Part shown: positions 29,360 to 38,194 of the stretch, in pieces
How positions within the stretch are numbered: the first letter of the stretch is position 1
Layout: every line of letters starts with the position of its first letter
Assembly: GCA_944331805.1 (NCBI GenBank)
Contig: CALVIS010000002.1
Coordinates: 1 to 54,514 of the forward strand
Length of the DNA: 54,514 bases
Source of the DNA: an uncultured Bacilli bacterium
Lineage (GTDB): Bacteria > Bacillota_I > Bacilli_A > RF39 > UBA660
Reading direction: 5' to 3'
The notes under the pieces: model-generated
The model's database searches: none
What the model saw: the letters and a program-made list of their open reading frames with translations, nothing else
What the model was told of the DNA's origin: nothing
Made by a program: the position numbers and the translations under genes

Positions 29360-29407
29360 ATGTTAAGAAAAATATCTAAAAACTTATTCCCTCTATGGCA
29401 ATACTAA
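29360..29407 (+). CDS. Candidate 15-codon leader peptide MLRKISKNLFPLWQY
   Basis: Strong SD AAGGAAAGGGAGGG 6 nt upstream of the ATG. Its last three sense codons and stop overlap the left arm and loop start of the terminator hairpin. Confidence 0.4.
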   Translation: MLRKISKNLFPLWQY

Positions 29408-29426
29408 GGTTTGTATTGCCTTTTTT
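29397..29426 (+). terminator. Intrinsic terminator/attenuator in the 5' leader of the RNase II-family paralog
   Basis: ggcaatac-taaggttt-gtattgcc followed by tttttt, ending 13 nt before ATG 29440. Confidence 0.6.
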
Positions 29427-29439
29427 AATGGAGGAGTAT

Positions 29440-31941
29440 ATGAAAACAATATTTGATTATCAAAGAGAAATAATTAGTGAATTAAAAGAAAATGAGTATT
29501 TAACTATTCATGAATTGAAAAAAAGAATAGAAATACCTTCATACCAAGAACGAAGTAACTTTCTAGAAGCCTTATATAACCTAGAGTTAAAAGAAGGCAT
29601 TTATAATATAAGGAAAGGGACATACACACTATTTCCTAAAGACTTATACAAAGTTGACTATGTAATTCCTATTTCCAAAGGATTATATTTAAAAAGATCT
29701 AAAGTAACAATAGATGAAACTCTTAATAAAGGAAAAATAATTTTGCCAGACGATATCGTTGTTGTAACCAATGAAGAAAATCCTAAAATAAAAAGAACAA
29801 TCGGAAGAAGTATGTATTTCTTTAAAAACTACTTATTGAAAGAATTAGAGCAAAAGAATTTAACATATAAACAAATTAAAACCCTTGCTATAACAAGAAA
29901 TCATCAAAAAATAACTGAACTAAAAGATTTACTACACAATCTTGAAAAAGAAGGTAAAATCTACTGTCAAGGCAAAACATTTGAAAAGTGGCCAAATAAC
30001 TTAGCTTTAACTAAATTAGAAACTGATAGTAATAATAAATTATATTTTGAGTTAGATAACAAAAGATACTACAAAGAGAAAGAAGAACTTAACAATGCTT
30101 TAGATGGAGATATTATCGCTGTATCAAGGAAAGGAAAACACATTGTAAAAATAATTGAAAGAACAAAAGAAGAATTAATATTAGAAGTAGTTGAAATTGA
30201 AGGAGTAAAACAATTAGAACCAATACTTTTACCAGGCAAGGGCAAAATTAAAGTTAGAATAAGCTCTAATGACATGAAACATCTTAAAATAGGTGATAGA
30301 ATAAAAGCTCGAATAAGTCTAGATGAGACAGATGGAGTCTATGAAGCAGATTATATAAGTACAATAGGAAATATCAAAGATAATGATATTGATATAATAT
30401 CCATCGCTACTAAACACGGCTTCAGTATTGAATTTAGTGAAGAAGCTTTAAGAGAAGCTAGAAACATTCCTCAAACTGTAAATATAAATGACTACAAAGA
30501 TAGATATGATTTTACTAAGAGATTTAAAACATTTACTATTGATTGTGATAATACAAAAGATATGGATGATGCAGTTAGTATAATGAAAAATGAAAAAGGC
30601 AATTATATTTTAGCAGTGCATATTGCCCACGTATCTCATTATGTTAAAAGAGGTAGTGCTCTTAATAAAGAAGCCTATGAAAGAGCCTTATCGGCATATC
30701 CTGCAAATTCAGTTATTCCAAACCTACCACCAGAATTATCAAATGGTATCTGTTCTTTAAATCCTAATGTTCCAAGACTAACAAGAACATGTATTATGGA
30801 AATATCTAAAACTGGAGAACTACTAAACTATAAATTTGTAAATTCTATAATTGAATCTAAAAAGAAAATGTCTTACAGCGAAGTTAATAAAGTATTAGAT
30901 GAAGGAATAGTAGATGATGAATACCTACCATTTTTAAATGATCTAACTACTTTTAAAGAACTATCAGATATTTTAACATTAAAAAGGAAAAGCGAAGGTA
31001 TGTTAACATTTATAGAACATGAAAATAATTTTATCGAAGATAAAGATGGCAATATTATTAGTATAGAAGAGAAAAATAATGGTACAGCAGGTAAAATGAT
31101 TGAAAATGCTATGATTTTATATAACTACTTTGAATCTTCATATTTAAACTTTATAATAGGTACATCTATTAATAGAGTCCATGACTCACCAGATCAAGAT
31201 AAATTAATGGATGCTTTTGATAAAATTCATAATCTTGGTTATAATTTACCAAAAATAGGTTCTATGACTACAGCACAATATATTCAAACAATATTAAATA
31301 TGTATCAAAATGAAAATGATTATCCTATTATTTCAGATATTATATTAAAAGCTTTACCAAGAGCCCATTACTCTATTTATCCAACAGGACACTTTGGTTT
31401 AGGATTAGATTTTTATACTCACTCTACTTCACCTATTAGAAGATATCCAGACCTTAAAGCTCAACAAATAATTGATTCATATGAACAAGGTAAATTATAT
31501 GAAATAGAAGATAATAACACTCTAGAAGCAATATGTGAGCACTGTTCTATGAAAGAACAAGAAGCCGAAGCTTTAGAACGAGAAGTAGAACTAATCAAAA
31601 TGTTAAAATATGTTGAAAGACATAAAGATAAAAATTATTATGGAATTATAACAGATATAGATAATGAAAGAGCATATCTAAAAACTATAACAAATATACC
31701 TGGCTATATAGAGTACCTTGACCTAGATGATATAAGATTTATAAAATCTAAACGATATTTAAAAGACGAAAATGATATGGTAGTATTAAAAATAGGAGAT
31801 ACAGTTAAAGTACAAACTCATAATACAAATCACAAAGAATTGTTAGTAAACTTTGACTTTATTAAAAATATTACTTTAGAACAACAAAATAAAAAAGGAG
31901 CTACTGCTCTTAGAAAAAGTTATATAAAAAGACTATATTAA
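29440..31941 (+). CDS. RNase II/R family 3'-5' exoribonuclease (second paralog)
   Basis: RNB motifs TIDCDNTKDMDDAVS, GICSLNP, HFGLGLDFYTHSTSPIRRYPDL; C-terminal S1-like region. Start ATG 29440 follows GGAGGAG; track start 29395 lies inside the attenuator. Confidence 0.85.
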   Translation: MKTIFDYQREIISELKENEYLTIHELKKRIEIPSYQERSNFLEALYNLELKEGIYNIRKGTYTLFPKDLYKVDYVIPISKGLYLKRSKVTIDETLNKGKIILPDDIVVVTNEENPKIKRTIGRSMYFFKNYLLKELEQKNLTYKQIKTLAITRNHQKITELKDLLHNLEKEGKIYCQGKTFEKWPNNLALTKLETDSNNKLYFELDNKRYYKEKEELNNALDGDIIAVSRKGKHIVKIIERTKEELILEVVEIEGVKQLEPILLPGKGKIKVRISSNDMKHLKIGDRIKARISLDETDGVYEADYISTIGNIKDNDIDIISIATKHGFSIEFSEEALREARNIPQTVNINDYKDRYDFTKRFKTFTIDCDNTKDMDDAVSIMKNEKGNYILAVHIAHVSHYVKRGSALNKEAYERALSAYPANSVIPNLPPELSNGICSLNPNVPRLTRTCIMEISKTGELLNYKFVNSIIESKKKMSYSEVNKVLDEGIVDDEYLPFLNDLTTFKELSDILTLKRKSEGMLTFIEHENNFIEDKDGNIISIEEKNNGTAGKMIENAMILYNYFESSYLNFIIGTSINRVHDSPDQDKLMDAFDKIHNLGYNLPKIGSMTTAQYIQTILNMYQNENDYPIISDIILKALPRAHYSIYPTGHFGLGLDFYTHSTSPIRRYPDLKAQQIIDSYEQGKLYEIEDNNTLEAICEHCSMKEQEAEALEREVELIKMLKYVERHKDKNYYGIITDIDNERAYLKTITNIPGYIEYLDLDDIRFIKSKRYLKDENDMVVLKIGDTVKVQTHNTNHKELLVNFDFIKNITLEQQNKKGATALRKSYIKRLY

Positions 31942-31972
31942 AAACAGTGAAATATCCACTGTTTTCTTTTTA
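31941..31972. terminator. Bidirectional terminator
   Basis: aaaacagtg-aaatatc-cactgtttt, then cttttt. Confidence 0.7.
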
Positions 31973-32287
31973 TCCATTCAAATCCATAAATTCTTGATTT
32001 AAAGTTTGATATTTATTAGATATTTTATTAGCATCACACCTCTCTAATACATACCAACCCTTACGAAACATAAGTTCATAAACTTCTCTTTGTAATGAAG
32101 AATAAGCCTCAAACATCTCTTTATATTCACTATATAATATTTCATTAGATGCTTCTGTTAAGCTAACAGCATAGTTTTTAACTAATTGTTTTAACGTGCT
32201 AAGTAATGAAGAAATATAGTCTTTATCATTTAGAGCCATTCCTTTAGGAGTCTCTACCTTAGGATTACAAATTTGATTATTATTCAT
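31970..32287 (-). CDS. CotF-family spore coat protein
   Basis: LNDKDYISSLLSTLKQLVKNYAVSLTEASNEILYSEYKEMF...LMFRKGWY matches the Coat_F domain pattern. Start MNNNQ follows GAAGGAGGT. Confidence 0.75.
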   Translation of the reverse strand: MNNNQICNPKVETPKGMALNDKDYISSLLSTLKQLVKNYAVSLTEASNEILYSEYKEMFEAYSSLQREVYELMFRKGWYVLERCDANKISNKYQTLNQEFMDLNG

Positions 32288-32507
32288 TGTTACCTCCTTC
32301 ATTTAAGATATTTAAGATTTTACTAATATTACCTTGAAATACATTGCTAGCCTTACTAAGCATATCTTTAATTTCACTATCACTTACACTATTAATAGCA
32401 TTACTAGTACTTTTATAAGCACCATAGTTCCAATTAAACATATCACTTAGATAATCTAAATCTTTACAGCTAATCATATTAGGTACTGCACTATAATTAT
32501 TTTCCAT
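32280..32507 (-). CDS. Small protein coupled to the cotF-like gene (putative spore coat partner)
   Basis: Its stop overlaps the CotF start (ATGAATAA). Start MENNYS follows GGGAGGAAAAG. Confidence 0.55.
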   Translation of the reverse strand: MENNYSAVPNMISCKDLDYLSDMFNWNYGAYKSTSNAINSVSDSEIKDMLSKASNVFQGNISKILNILNEGGNNE

Positions 32508-32568
32508 ATCTTTTCCTCCCAACATTAATATGAGTAAAAAACAAAAAAACTATACATAAAGTATAATT

Positions 32569-32862
32569 TTATTTAATAGTCTTTAATCTATGTTTAATAT
32601 CTAAAATTAAATCCATCGGAGCATTATCCATTTTATTTAAAACAAGTAAGGCATCTTGCAACTTAGTCTTAACAGATACATTATTCTTAATGTTCTCTAC
32701 TTCTTCATCTAAATTAAAGTTTTTACTAGGATTATCTTTCATATAATCTTTAATATAGTTCTTTATATCATTAAGAACATATTCTTTTAACTTATAAGAA
32801 TCCATCTCCATAACTCCAAAGTATCCACTAATCATATATCTATAAACATCTTCTATTGTCAT
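32569..32862 (-). CDS. Hypothetical protein
   Basis: 97 aa, SD AGAGGGA. No motif recognised. Confidence 0.5.
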   Translation of the reverse strand: MTIEDVYRYMISGYFGVMEMDSYKLKEYVLNDIKNYIKDYMKDNPSKNFNLDEEVENIKNNVSVKTKLQDALLVLNKMDNAPMDLILDIKHRLKTIK

Positions 32863-32871
32863 AACATCCCT

Positions 32872-33369
32872 CTAATCATTAACTTCAAGTTTATCTAATA
32901 GTTTATTAATAATGTTATCTATCTCTTCATCTTTACCTTTAAGACTAATTAAAAGTTTATTAGTATTAGATGACTGAGGTAACATATATCCTGCCTCTCT
33001 AAATAAATCTTCAACCATTACTTTATTAGAATGAATTAAAGTCCTATATAAACGTTTTTCATCATCATCACTAGATTTACTAATAAGATACTTTAAAGTC
33101 TTAATTTGTTCTATCTTACTATCAGCAAGTTTAAATAATTCACTGACAACTCTTTTATCTTTTACTTTCTGTTTAGGATAAACTCTAGGTAACATACTAA
33201 TTGCTTTTGATGGACAAGCTGCTGCACATGCACCACATCCAATACATTTATCAAAATCTATCTGCCCAGTCTCATTATCAGTCGCCCCAGTTGGACAGAC
33301 AAAAAGACATAAACAATCTTTAGTACATATTTTTAAGTCACGATAAGCATATCTTTCACTTTTCTCCAT
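32872..33369 (-). CDS. 4Fe-4S dicluster ferredoxin-domain protein
   Basis: CxxCxxCxxxCP-like clusters: CLCLFVCPTG and CIGCGACAAACP. Confidence 0.8.
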   Translation of the reverse strand: MEKSERYAYRDLKICTKDCLCLFVCPTGATDNETGQIDFDKCIGCGACAAACPSKAISMLPRVYPKQKVKDKRVVSELFKLADSKIEQIKTLKYLISKSSDDDEKRLYRTLIHSNKVMVEDLFREAGYMLPQSSNTNKLLISLKGKDEEIDNIINKLLDKLEVND

Positions 33370-33370
33370 A

Positions 33371-34009
33371 TTAGCACACCTCCAATATCTTAAGACTAGG
33401 AACCTTACAAACAGGACAAACCTTAGGAGGATTATCTCCTATATAAACAAAACCACAAATATCACAAACCCATATCTTTGTATTTTTAATATAATCTATT
33501 CCCTTTTCTTTATAAGTATCAATTACTACTTTCATAATATTAGTACTCTTACTAGCCCAGTTAATAACTCTTTTAGCACCTCTATCATCATATTTAGAAA
33601 ATACTTCCATTGCTTTACTAAAGCTATTAATATCATTATCTATCATATTAATAACATCATCTAAACTACCAGTTTTATCTTCTTCTAAACCTTCATAATG
33701 TTTAGATAATTCTCTAAATAAATCTTTCTCTTCTTCTAAATACTGTTTTTCACAACCACGAGCTAAGTTAGAACAAATTAAAGATATCTCATAGTTAGAT
33801 AATTCTCTTAAATCATCATCTACTTCTTCTATAACCTCAACTTTAGACTCTTCTTTTATTTCCTCTTTTTCTTCTTTAACTTCTTCAAATAAACTTTTAG
33901 GGGCACCACAGGCTGGACATTTCCAATCATCTGGTAAATCTTCAAACTTTACTTTTTCTTTCGCATCATCATAAATATAACCACAAATAGTACAACGATA
34001 TTTTTTCAT
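33371..34009 (-). CDS. Protein with N- and C-terminal rubredoxin-type Cys4 motifs
   Basis: [12 protein letters not shown]...[10 protein letters not shown] (canonical rubredoxin) and [10 protein letters not shown]...VCPVCKVP (rubrerythrin-type C-terminus). The middle helical region has no ExxH that I can see. Confidence 0.7.
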   Translation of the reverse strand: MKKYRCTICGYIYDDAKEKVKFEDLPDDWKCPACGAPKSLFEEVKEEKEEIKEESKVEVIEEVDDDLRELSNYEISLICSNLARGCEKQYLEEEKDLFRELSKHYEGLEEDKTGSLDDVINMIDNDINSFSKAMEVFSKYDDRGAKRVINWASKSTNIMKVVIDTYKEKGIDYIKNTKIWVCDICGFVYIGDNPPKVCPVCKVPSLKILEVC

Positions 34010-34119
34010 TCTAACCTCCATACATAAATCATATCAAACTAAGAAAAATAAATCTACAATAATTGACATTTTTATATTCTTCTATATAATAATAACTAAA
34101 TTAAAAGGAGGGATATCTA

Positions 34120-34806
34120 ATGGATAAACAAAAACGTTGTATAGACATATATGGCGAACCATTAAAAATAGGAGATGAAGTTATTCCTGTTCTTGAAGAA
34201 GCTTTAATCATAGGAATAAGTGGTACTATTTCTAAAATAGAATATAGTGAAAAATATAATAATCATTACATTACAATAACAGATAAACAAGGTAATGTTC
34301 TATTAGAAGGTGTTGATGCAAGATGCTATACTACTAAAGAAAGATTCAATGAAAGAGAAAATGAAGATTTTATATATAGTATTAATTTTTATAATAAAAG
34401 ACTCATGCTCCAAACATCTTTACCATTAAGTAATATAACAAGTGTAGATTATGAAATACCAGAGGATACAACTTTTGCCACCATCAACGCTAGACACACA
34501 TTTGAAAAAGATGCATATTCTATTGATGATGTTTATTCTCTAATTATTGATAACAAAGTCAAAGTATGTCATGATAAAGAGGATGATTATTATTACTTAA
34601 TGAATGAAGAAACTTATGACTATCATGATATAAGTAGTAATTATAGAATCTTTAAAAATGAAGAAGAATTTAAAGCTTTTATTAAAGAAATAATTAAATA
34701 TTTTAATAATACAGATTTAACTCACATTAACACAGAAGAAATATTTGATGAAAATGAAAAGGCTAAAGTCTTTGAAAAAAGCCTAATAAATAGATTAAGT
34801 AATTAA
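34120..34806 (+). CDS. Hypothetical protein
   Basis: 228 aa, strong SD AAAGGAGGG, own terminator. No motif recognised. Confidence 0.55.
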   Translation: MDKQKRCIDIYGEPLKIGDEVIPVLEEALIIGISGTISKIEYSEKYNNHYITITDKQGNVLLEGVDARCYTTKERFNERENEDFIYSINFYNKRLMLQTSLPLSNITSVDYEIPEDTTFATINARHTFEKDAYSIDDVYSLIIDNKVKVCHDKEDDYYYLMNEETYDYHDISSNYRIFKNEEEFKAFIKEIIKYFNNTDLTHINTEEIFDENEKAKVFEKSLINRLSN

Positions 34807-34810
34807 ATAT

Positions 34811-34848
34811 AGAGAACTTATTCATAAAAAATAAGTTCTCTCTTTTTC
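34811..34848 (+). terminator. Intrinsic terminator
   Basis: agagaacttatt-cataaaa-aataagttctct followed by ctttttc. Confidence 0.75.
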
Positions 34849-34849
34849 T

Positions 34850-35764
34850 CTAATTATACCTTTTACCATTAACTAATGGTTTTAAAACTCTAACCTTAAC
34901 ATTAGGAAGTTCAGTTTTAGGAATACAATCTATATTTATATTTTCGAAAAGACTAATTTTATCTAATAGTTCCTTATCTTTACTATTCTTTAATCTATTA
35001 AACAATTCTATTTCATTAAAACTATACAAGTCATCATAACTAATATAACCTCTATCAATAGATAATTTTGTTATAGTAGCAAGTAACTGCATCATATAAT
35101 TATCTTCGTTAGTATGACAATACAAATCTATACTTTTACTAACATCAATTATTTTAGAAACAACATCTCTATTAGTAAAACCAACCTCATCTTCATTATC
35201 TTCATTTTTAAATACTCTAACATCATTAATAATTTTTTTAATATCATCTTTATTGATATTTTTAGTCCAACCTATACCAGTTAAAATAACACCATCTAAC
35301 CTATCAGCACAACATTTAGGCCTATCATTATCAACAATACTAAATTTCTTAAAGTTGATAATCTCATCAACATCTATATTATCCTCTTTTAAACACTTAA
35401 GTAAATACTTATCACTTTTAATGATATCTTCCGTAAGTTCTTCTGTACTTTCTTGTTTTTCATAATCTTCATTCATATAATCTATAACATGTGAAAAACA
35501 AGGAGTTGCCACATCGTGAAATAAAGCTGCTACAGTCATAGTCCTATCTTTAGTTACTTTATAAGTTAGTAAAGAAGTTGTAAGTGAATGAGCAAATCTA
35601 CTAATATATTCACTAAAATCATAAACACTTTTAGAAGCAAAATCCATTCCACAAAAATAACCAACTCTCATTAATCTAACTAAAGATGGGCATTCAAAAT
35701 ACTTCCTAAGAAATAATGGCATATTCTTATAATCTAATTGTTCTAAATAAAACTGTAATAACAT
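34850..35764 (-). CDS. HD-domain phosphohydrolase-like protein
   Basis: RFAHS...AALFHDVATPCFSH (H...HD...H pattern). Confidence 0.6.
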   Translation of the reverse strand: MLLQFYLEQLDYKNMPLFLRKYFECPSLVRLMRVGYFCGMDFASKSVYDFSEYISRFAHSLTTSLLTYKVTKDRTMTVAALFHDVATPCFSHVIDYMNEDYEKQESTEELTEDIIKSDKYLLKCLKEDNIDVDEIINFKKFSIVDNDRPKCCADRLDGVILTGIGWTKNINKDDIKKIINDVRVFKNEDNEDEVGFTNRDVVSKIIDVSKSIDLYCHTNEDNYMMQLLATITKLSIDRGYISYDDLYSFNEIELFNRLKNSKDKELLDKISLFENINIDCIPKTELPNVKVRVLKPLVNGKRYN

Positions 35765-35776
35765 ATAGAACCCTCC

Positions 35777-36343
35777 CTAATAATATTTTCTCATTTTCTT
35801 TAATATAAGTCTACCCTTTTCTTTATCAGTAATATATTCTAAAAACTCTTTTCTACTTACTTCTTCAAAATCATTTACAAATCTTTTGTTCTCTAATCTA
35901 TTTCCAAGATATATTAAATATTGTCTTTTAATTTCTAACTCTTCTAATAATATTTCTTTCATAGACATAGTTGTATAAAACTCTCTTCCATTAGTATAAA
36001 CAAAAGAATCTCTTTCTTCATAAAAAGGACACCTTGCATCATAAATAACTCTATCATTTTGAATAATAAAAGAACCAACTATATTTTTATTAGGATCAGA
36101 TACTTTTAAACCACCACTACTTTTAAAATCATTACCTTTAATATCAGAACAACCAGCTAGTAACTTTCTATCTTTTAAATAAATAATACCCTTAGTACTT
36201 TTTAATTTTTCAAAAGTGTCAAAACTTACATATCTAAGATTAAAAGAATGTTCAGACTCTCTTAAATATTCTAAAACAGAGATATTTTCTGGAACATTTA
36301 TAGATTCATAATAAATTGTTTGGTTTTTAATAATTTCTTTCAT
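35777..36343 (-). CDS. Hypothetical protein (first gene of a pair with the HD protein)
   Basis: 188 aa, SD AAGGAGG, 12-nt gap to the HD gene. Confidence 0.55.
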   Translation of the reverse strand: MKEIIKNQTIYYESINVPENISVLEYLRESEHSFNLRYVSFDTFEKLKSTKGIIYLKDRKLLAGCSDIKGNDFKSSGGLKVSDPNKNIVGSFIIQNDRVIYDARCPFYEERDSFVYTNGREFYTTMSMKEILLEELEIKRQYLIYLGNRLENKRFVNDFEEVSRKEFLEYITDKEKGRLILKKMRKYY

Positions 36344-36437
36344 TAGAACCTCCTTGAAAACATTCTATCATAGTTGGTAATAAATTAAAAGAAAGAACAA
36401 GACTTAATACTTGTTCTAACTAATTTCAAGTGAATAA

Positions 36438-36584
36438 CTCCACATAGCTTCCGTCACTCACGCTTCCTTATTAATTAATTTAGGTTGTGATAGTCGTGAA
36501 GTTGCCAAAAGATTAGGAGATACTGTTGAAGTTATAGAAAGTACATATTATCATATGTTTCCAGGCAAGAAAAACATACTGTAG
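36438..36584 (+). pseudogene. 3'-terminal remnant of a tyrosine recombinase (phage integrase family) gene
   Basis: The frame translates LHIASVTHASLLINLGCDSREVAKRLGDTVEVIESTYYHMFPGKKNIL*. This matches the C-terminal box II (RHxHASLLIxxG...RLGH...T..Y.H with the catalytic Tyr). There is an in-frame stop immediately upstream (36435-36437) and no N-terminal part. Confidence 0.7.
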
Positions 36585-36630
36585 ATGTATTGAATAACTT
36601 TAAAAAAAGAGGTAAATAAGGGGTAAATAA

Positions 36631-36667
36631 AAAAAATAATATTAAAACCCTTACGAAACATAAGGGG
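36631..36667 (-). terminator. Terminator after the serine recombinase gene
   Basis: ccctta-cgaaaca-taaggg (36648-36666), then a T-rich run on the minus strand. Confidence 0.5.
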
Positions 36668-38194
36668 TTAATTACTAATTGGTGGAGCTGAAGTACCCAT
36701 AAGTGAACTTTCTATATCACTTACACGTGGTATCTTCTTCTCATAAGTTTTATTTTGTGTATTAAATATTATAGTTATACTGTCATCATACAAATAGACC
36801 TTATAGACTAGTGTATTAATTAACAACCTTCTGTACTTAATATCATCTATATTTCCTTTTCTCATTTGTGTTAAGAAAAATCTTACTTGTGGAACAGTCA
36901 ATTTAATAGATTGGCTTTCTTCTATAGCAATTTCATTTTTAATATTTGTTAATTCCACTTCAATTTTTTGTATCTCTTCAAATATAGATGTTTTAACTGT
37001 ATCTATATCACACATTTTAAGACTATTAAATAAATTGTTTTTCTGTTTCTCTAATTCTTTTAATTTTCTGTTAAGTCTTTTTAATTCTCCACTATCCATA
37101 TTTTCTTTGGCTAATTTTACAACGGTTTCAGCTATTTTATTTATATTATCATCAGTCAAAAGATTCCTAGCTTGTTCTACTACTAAATCTTCAATATAAT
37201 CTTTCTGAATAGGCTTTTTATCACAAAAACCAATTCTCGAATTATTACATTTATAATAAGTATGCAATTTCCCAGTTTTAGATGTACCACTATGGCCTGT
37301 CATCATTTCTTTACAATGACCACAAAATAATTTAGTAGTTAATAAATATTCTGTTTTTGCTCTTGCTCGTGCAGGAGCTTTTTTATTCTTTTTCATCATA
37401 TCTTGCACCTTGTTAAAAGTCTCATCATCAATAATCCTTGGTATGCCATCTTTTATCTCCATTTCTTTATAATTGTAAATGCCAACATATTTTTTATTTA
37501 ACAACATTTTTCTAAGACTATTTTTATTAAATTCTTTGCCTAATCCTGTTTTAATTCCCTTATCATTCAAATAATTAATAATATCAGCGACTCTTTTTCC
37601 TTTTGCATACATATCAAATATTTCTTTTACTATATGGACTGTCTCTTCATCTATTGCGAATTTCTTCTTTTTAACAATTTTACCATTTACATCAGTAAAA
37701 TTACTATCTACTTCTATAAGTTTTAATCCTAGAGGAACACTACCACCATTATAATAGCAATTTTCAGCATTTATTTTCATTCCTCTTTTTATCTTCTGAC
37801 CTAACTCAACAGAGAAATATTCTGCCATACCTTCAAGTACACTCTCCATTAATACACCACTTGCGTCATCAGAAATATTTTCTCTACTAGAAAAGACTCT
37901 AACACCATTTTTACTTAACTTCTTCTTATATATTGCACTATCATATCTATTACGAGCAAAACGGTCTAATTGATAAACTAAAATGCCCTCAAAAGTTTTT
38001 TTATTACTGTCCTCAATCATCTGCAAAAACTGTGGTCTATTATCATTCGTTCCAGTTGTAGCCCTATCTATATATTCATGAATAATATTATAATTATGGT
38101 CTTTTGCATATTTTCTACAATATTCTAACTGACCTTCAATGGACTGTTCATTTTGATTATGAGAACTATATCTAGCATATATTACTACATTCAT
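36668..38194 (-). CDS. Large serine recombinase
   Basis: VVIYARYSSHNQ (catalytic Ser), resolvase domain, recombinase domain, zinc ribbon CGHCKEMM...YYKCNN, and a C-terminal coiled coil. Confidence 0.9.
   Translation of the reverse strand: MNVVIYARYSSHNQNEQSIEGQLEYCRKYAKDHNYNIIHEYIDRATTGTNDNRPQFLQMIEDSNKKTFEGILVYQLDRFARNRYDSAIYKKKLSKNGVRVFSSRENISDDASGVLMESVLEGMAEYFSVELGQKIKRGMKINAENCYYNGGSVPLGLKLIEVDSNFTDVNGKIVKKKKFAIDEETVHIVKEIFDMYAKGKRVADIINYLNDKGIKTGLGKEFNKNSLRKMLLNKKYVGIYNYKEMEIKDGIPRIIDDETFNKVQDMMKKNKKAPARARAKTEYLLTTKLFCGHCKEMMTGHSGTSKTGKLHTYYKCNNSRIGFCDKKPIQKDYIEDLVVEQARNLLTDDNINKIAETVVKLAKENMDSGELKRLNRKLKELEKQKNNLFNSLKMCDIDTVKTSIFEEIQKIEVELTNIKNEIAIEESQSIKLTVPQVRFFLTQMRKGNIDDIKYRRLLINTLVYKVYLYDDSITIIFNTQNKTYEKKIPRVSDIESSLMGTSAPPISN

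Noticed and set aside
29395-29439. ORF-track N-terminal extension (MAILRFVLPFLMEEY) of the RNase II paralog
   Set aside because: The extension is encoded by the terminator hairpin and T-run and has no SD. ATG 29440 has a GGAGGAG SD.
30069-30275. 68-aa ORF antisense to the RNase II paralog
   Set aside because: It is embedded antisense.
35253-35465. 70-aa ORF antisense to the HD-domain gene
   Set aside because: It is embedded antisense.
36676-36689. tggtggagctgaag inside the serine recombinase 3' end, resembling the ssrA 3' end tggtggagatgagg (46014-46027), as a possible att duplication
   Set aside because: Only 8 contiguous identical bases (11 of 14 overall). It lies in coding sequence (APPISN) and has no extended flank similarity.
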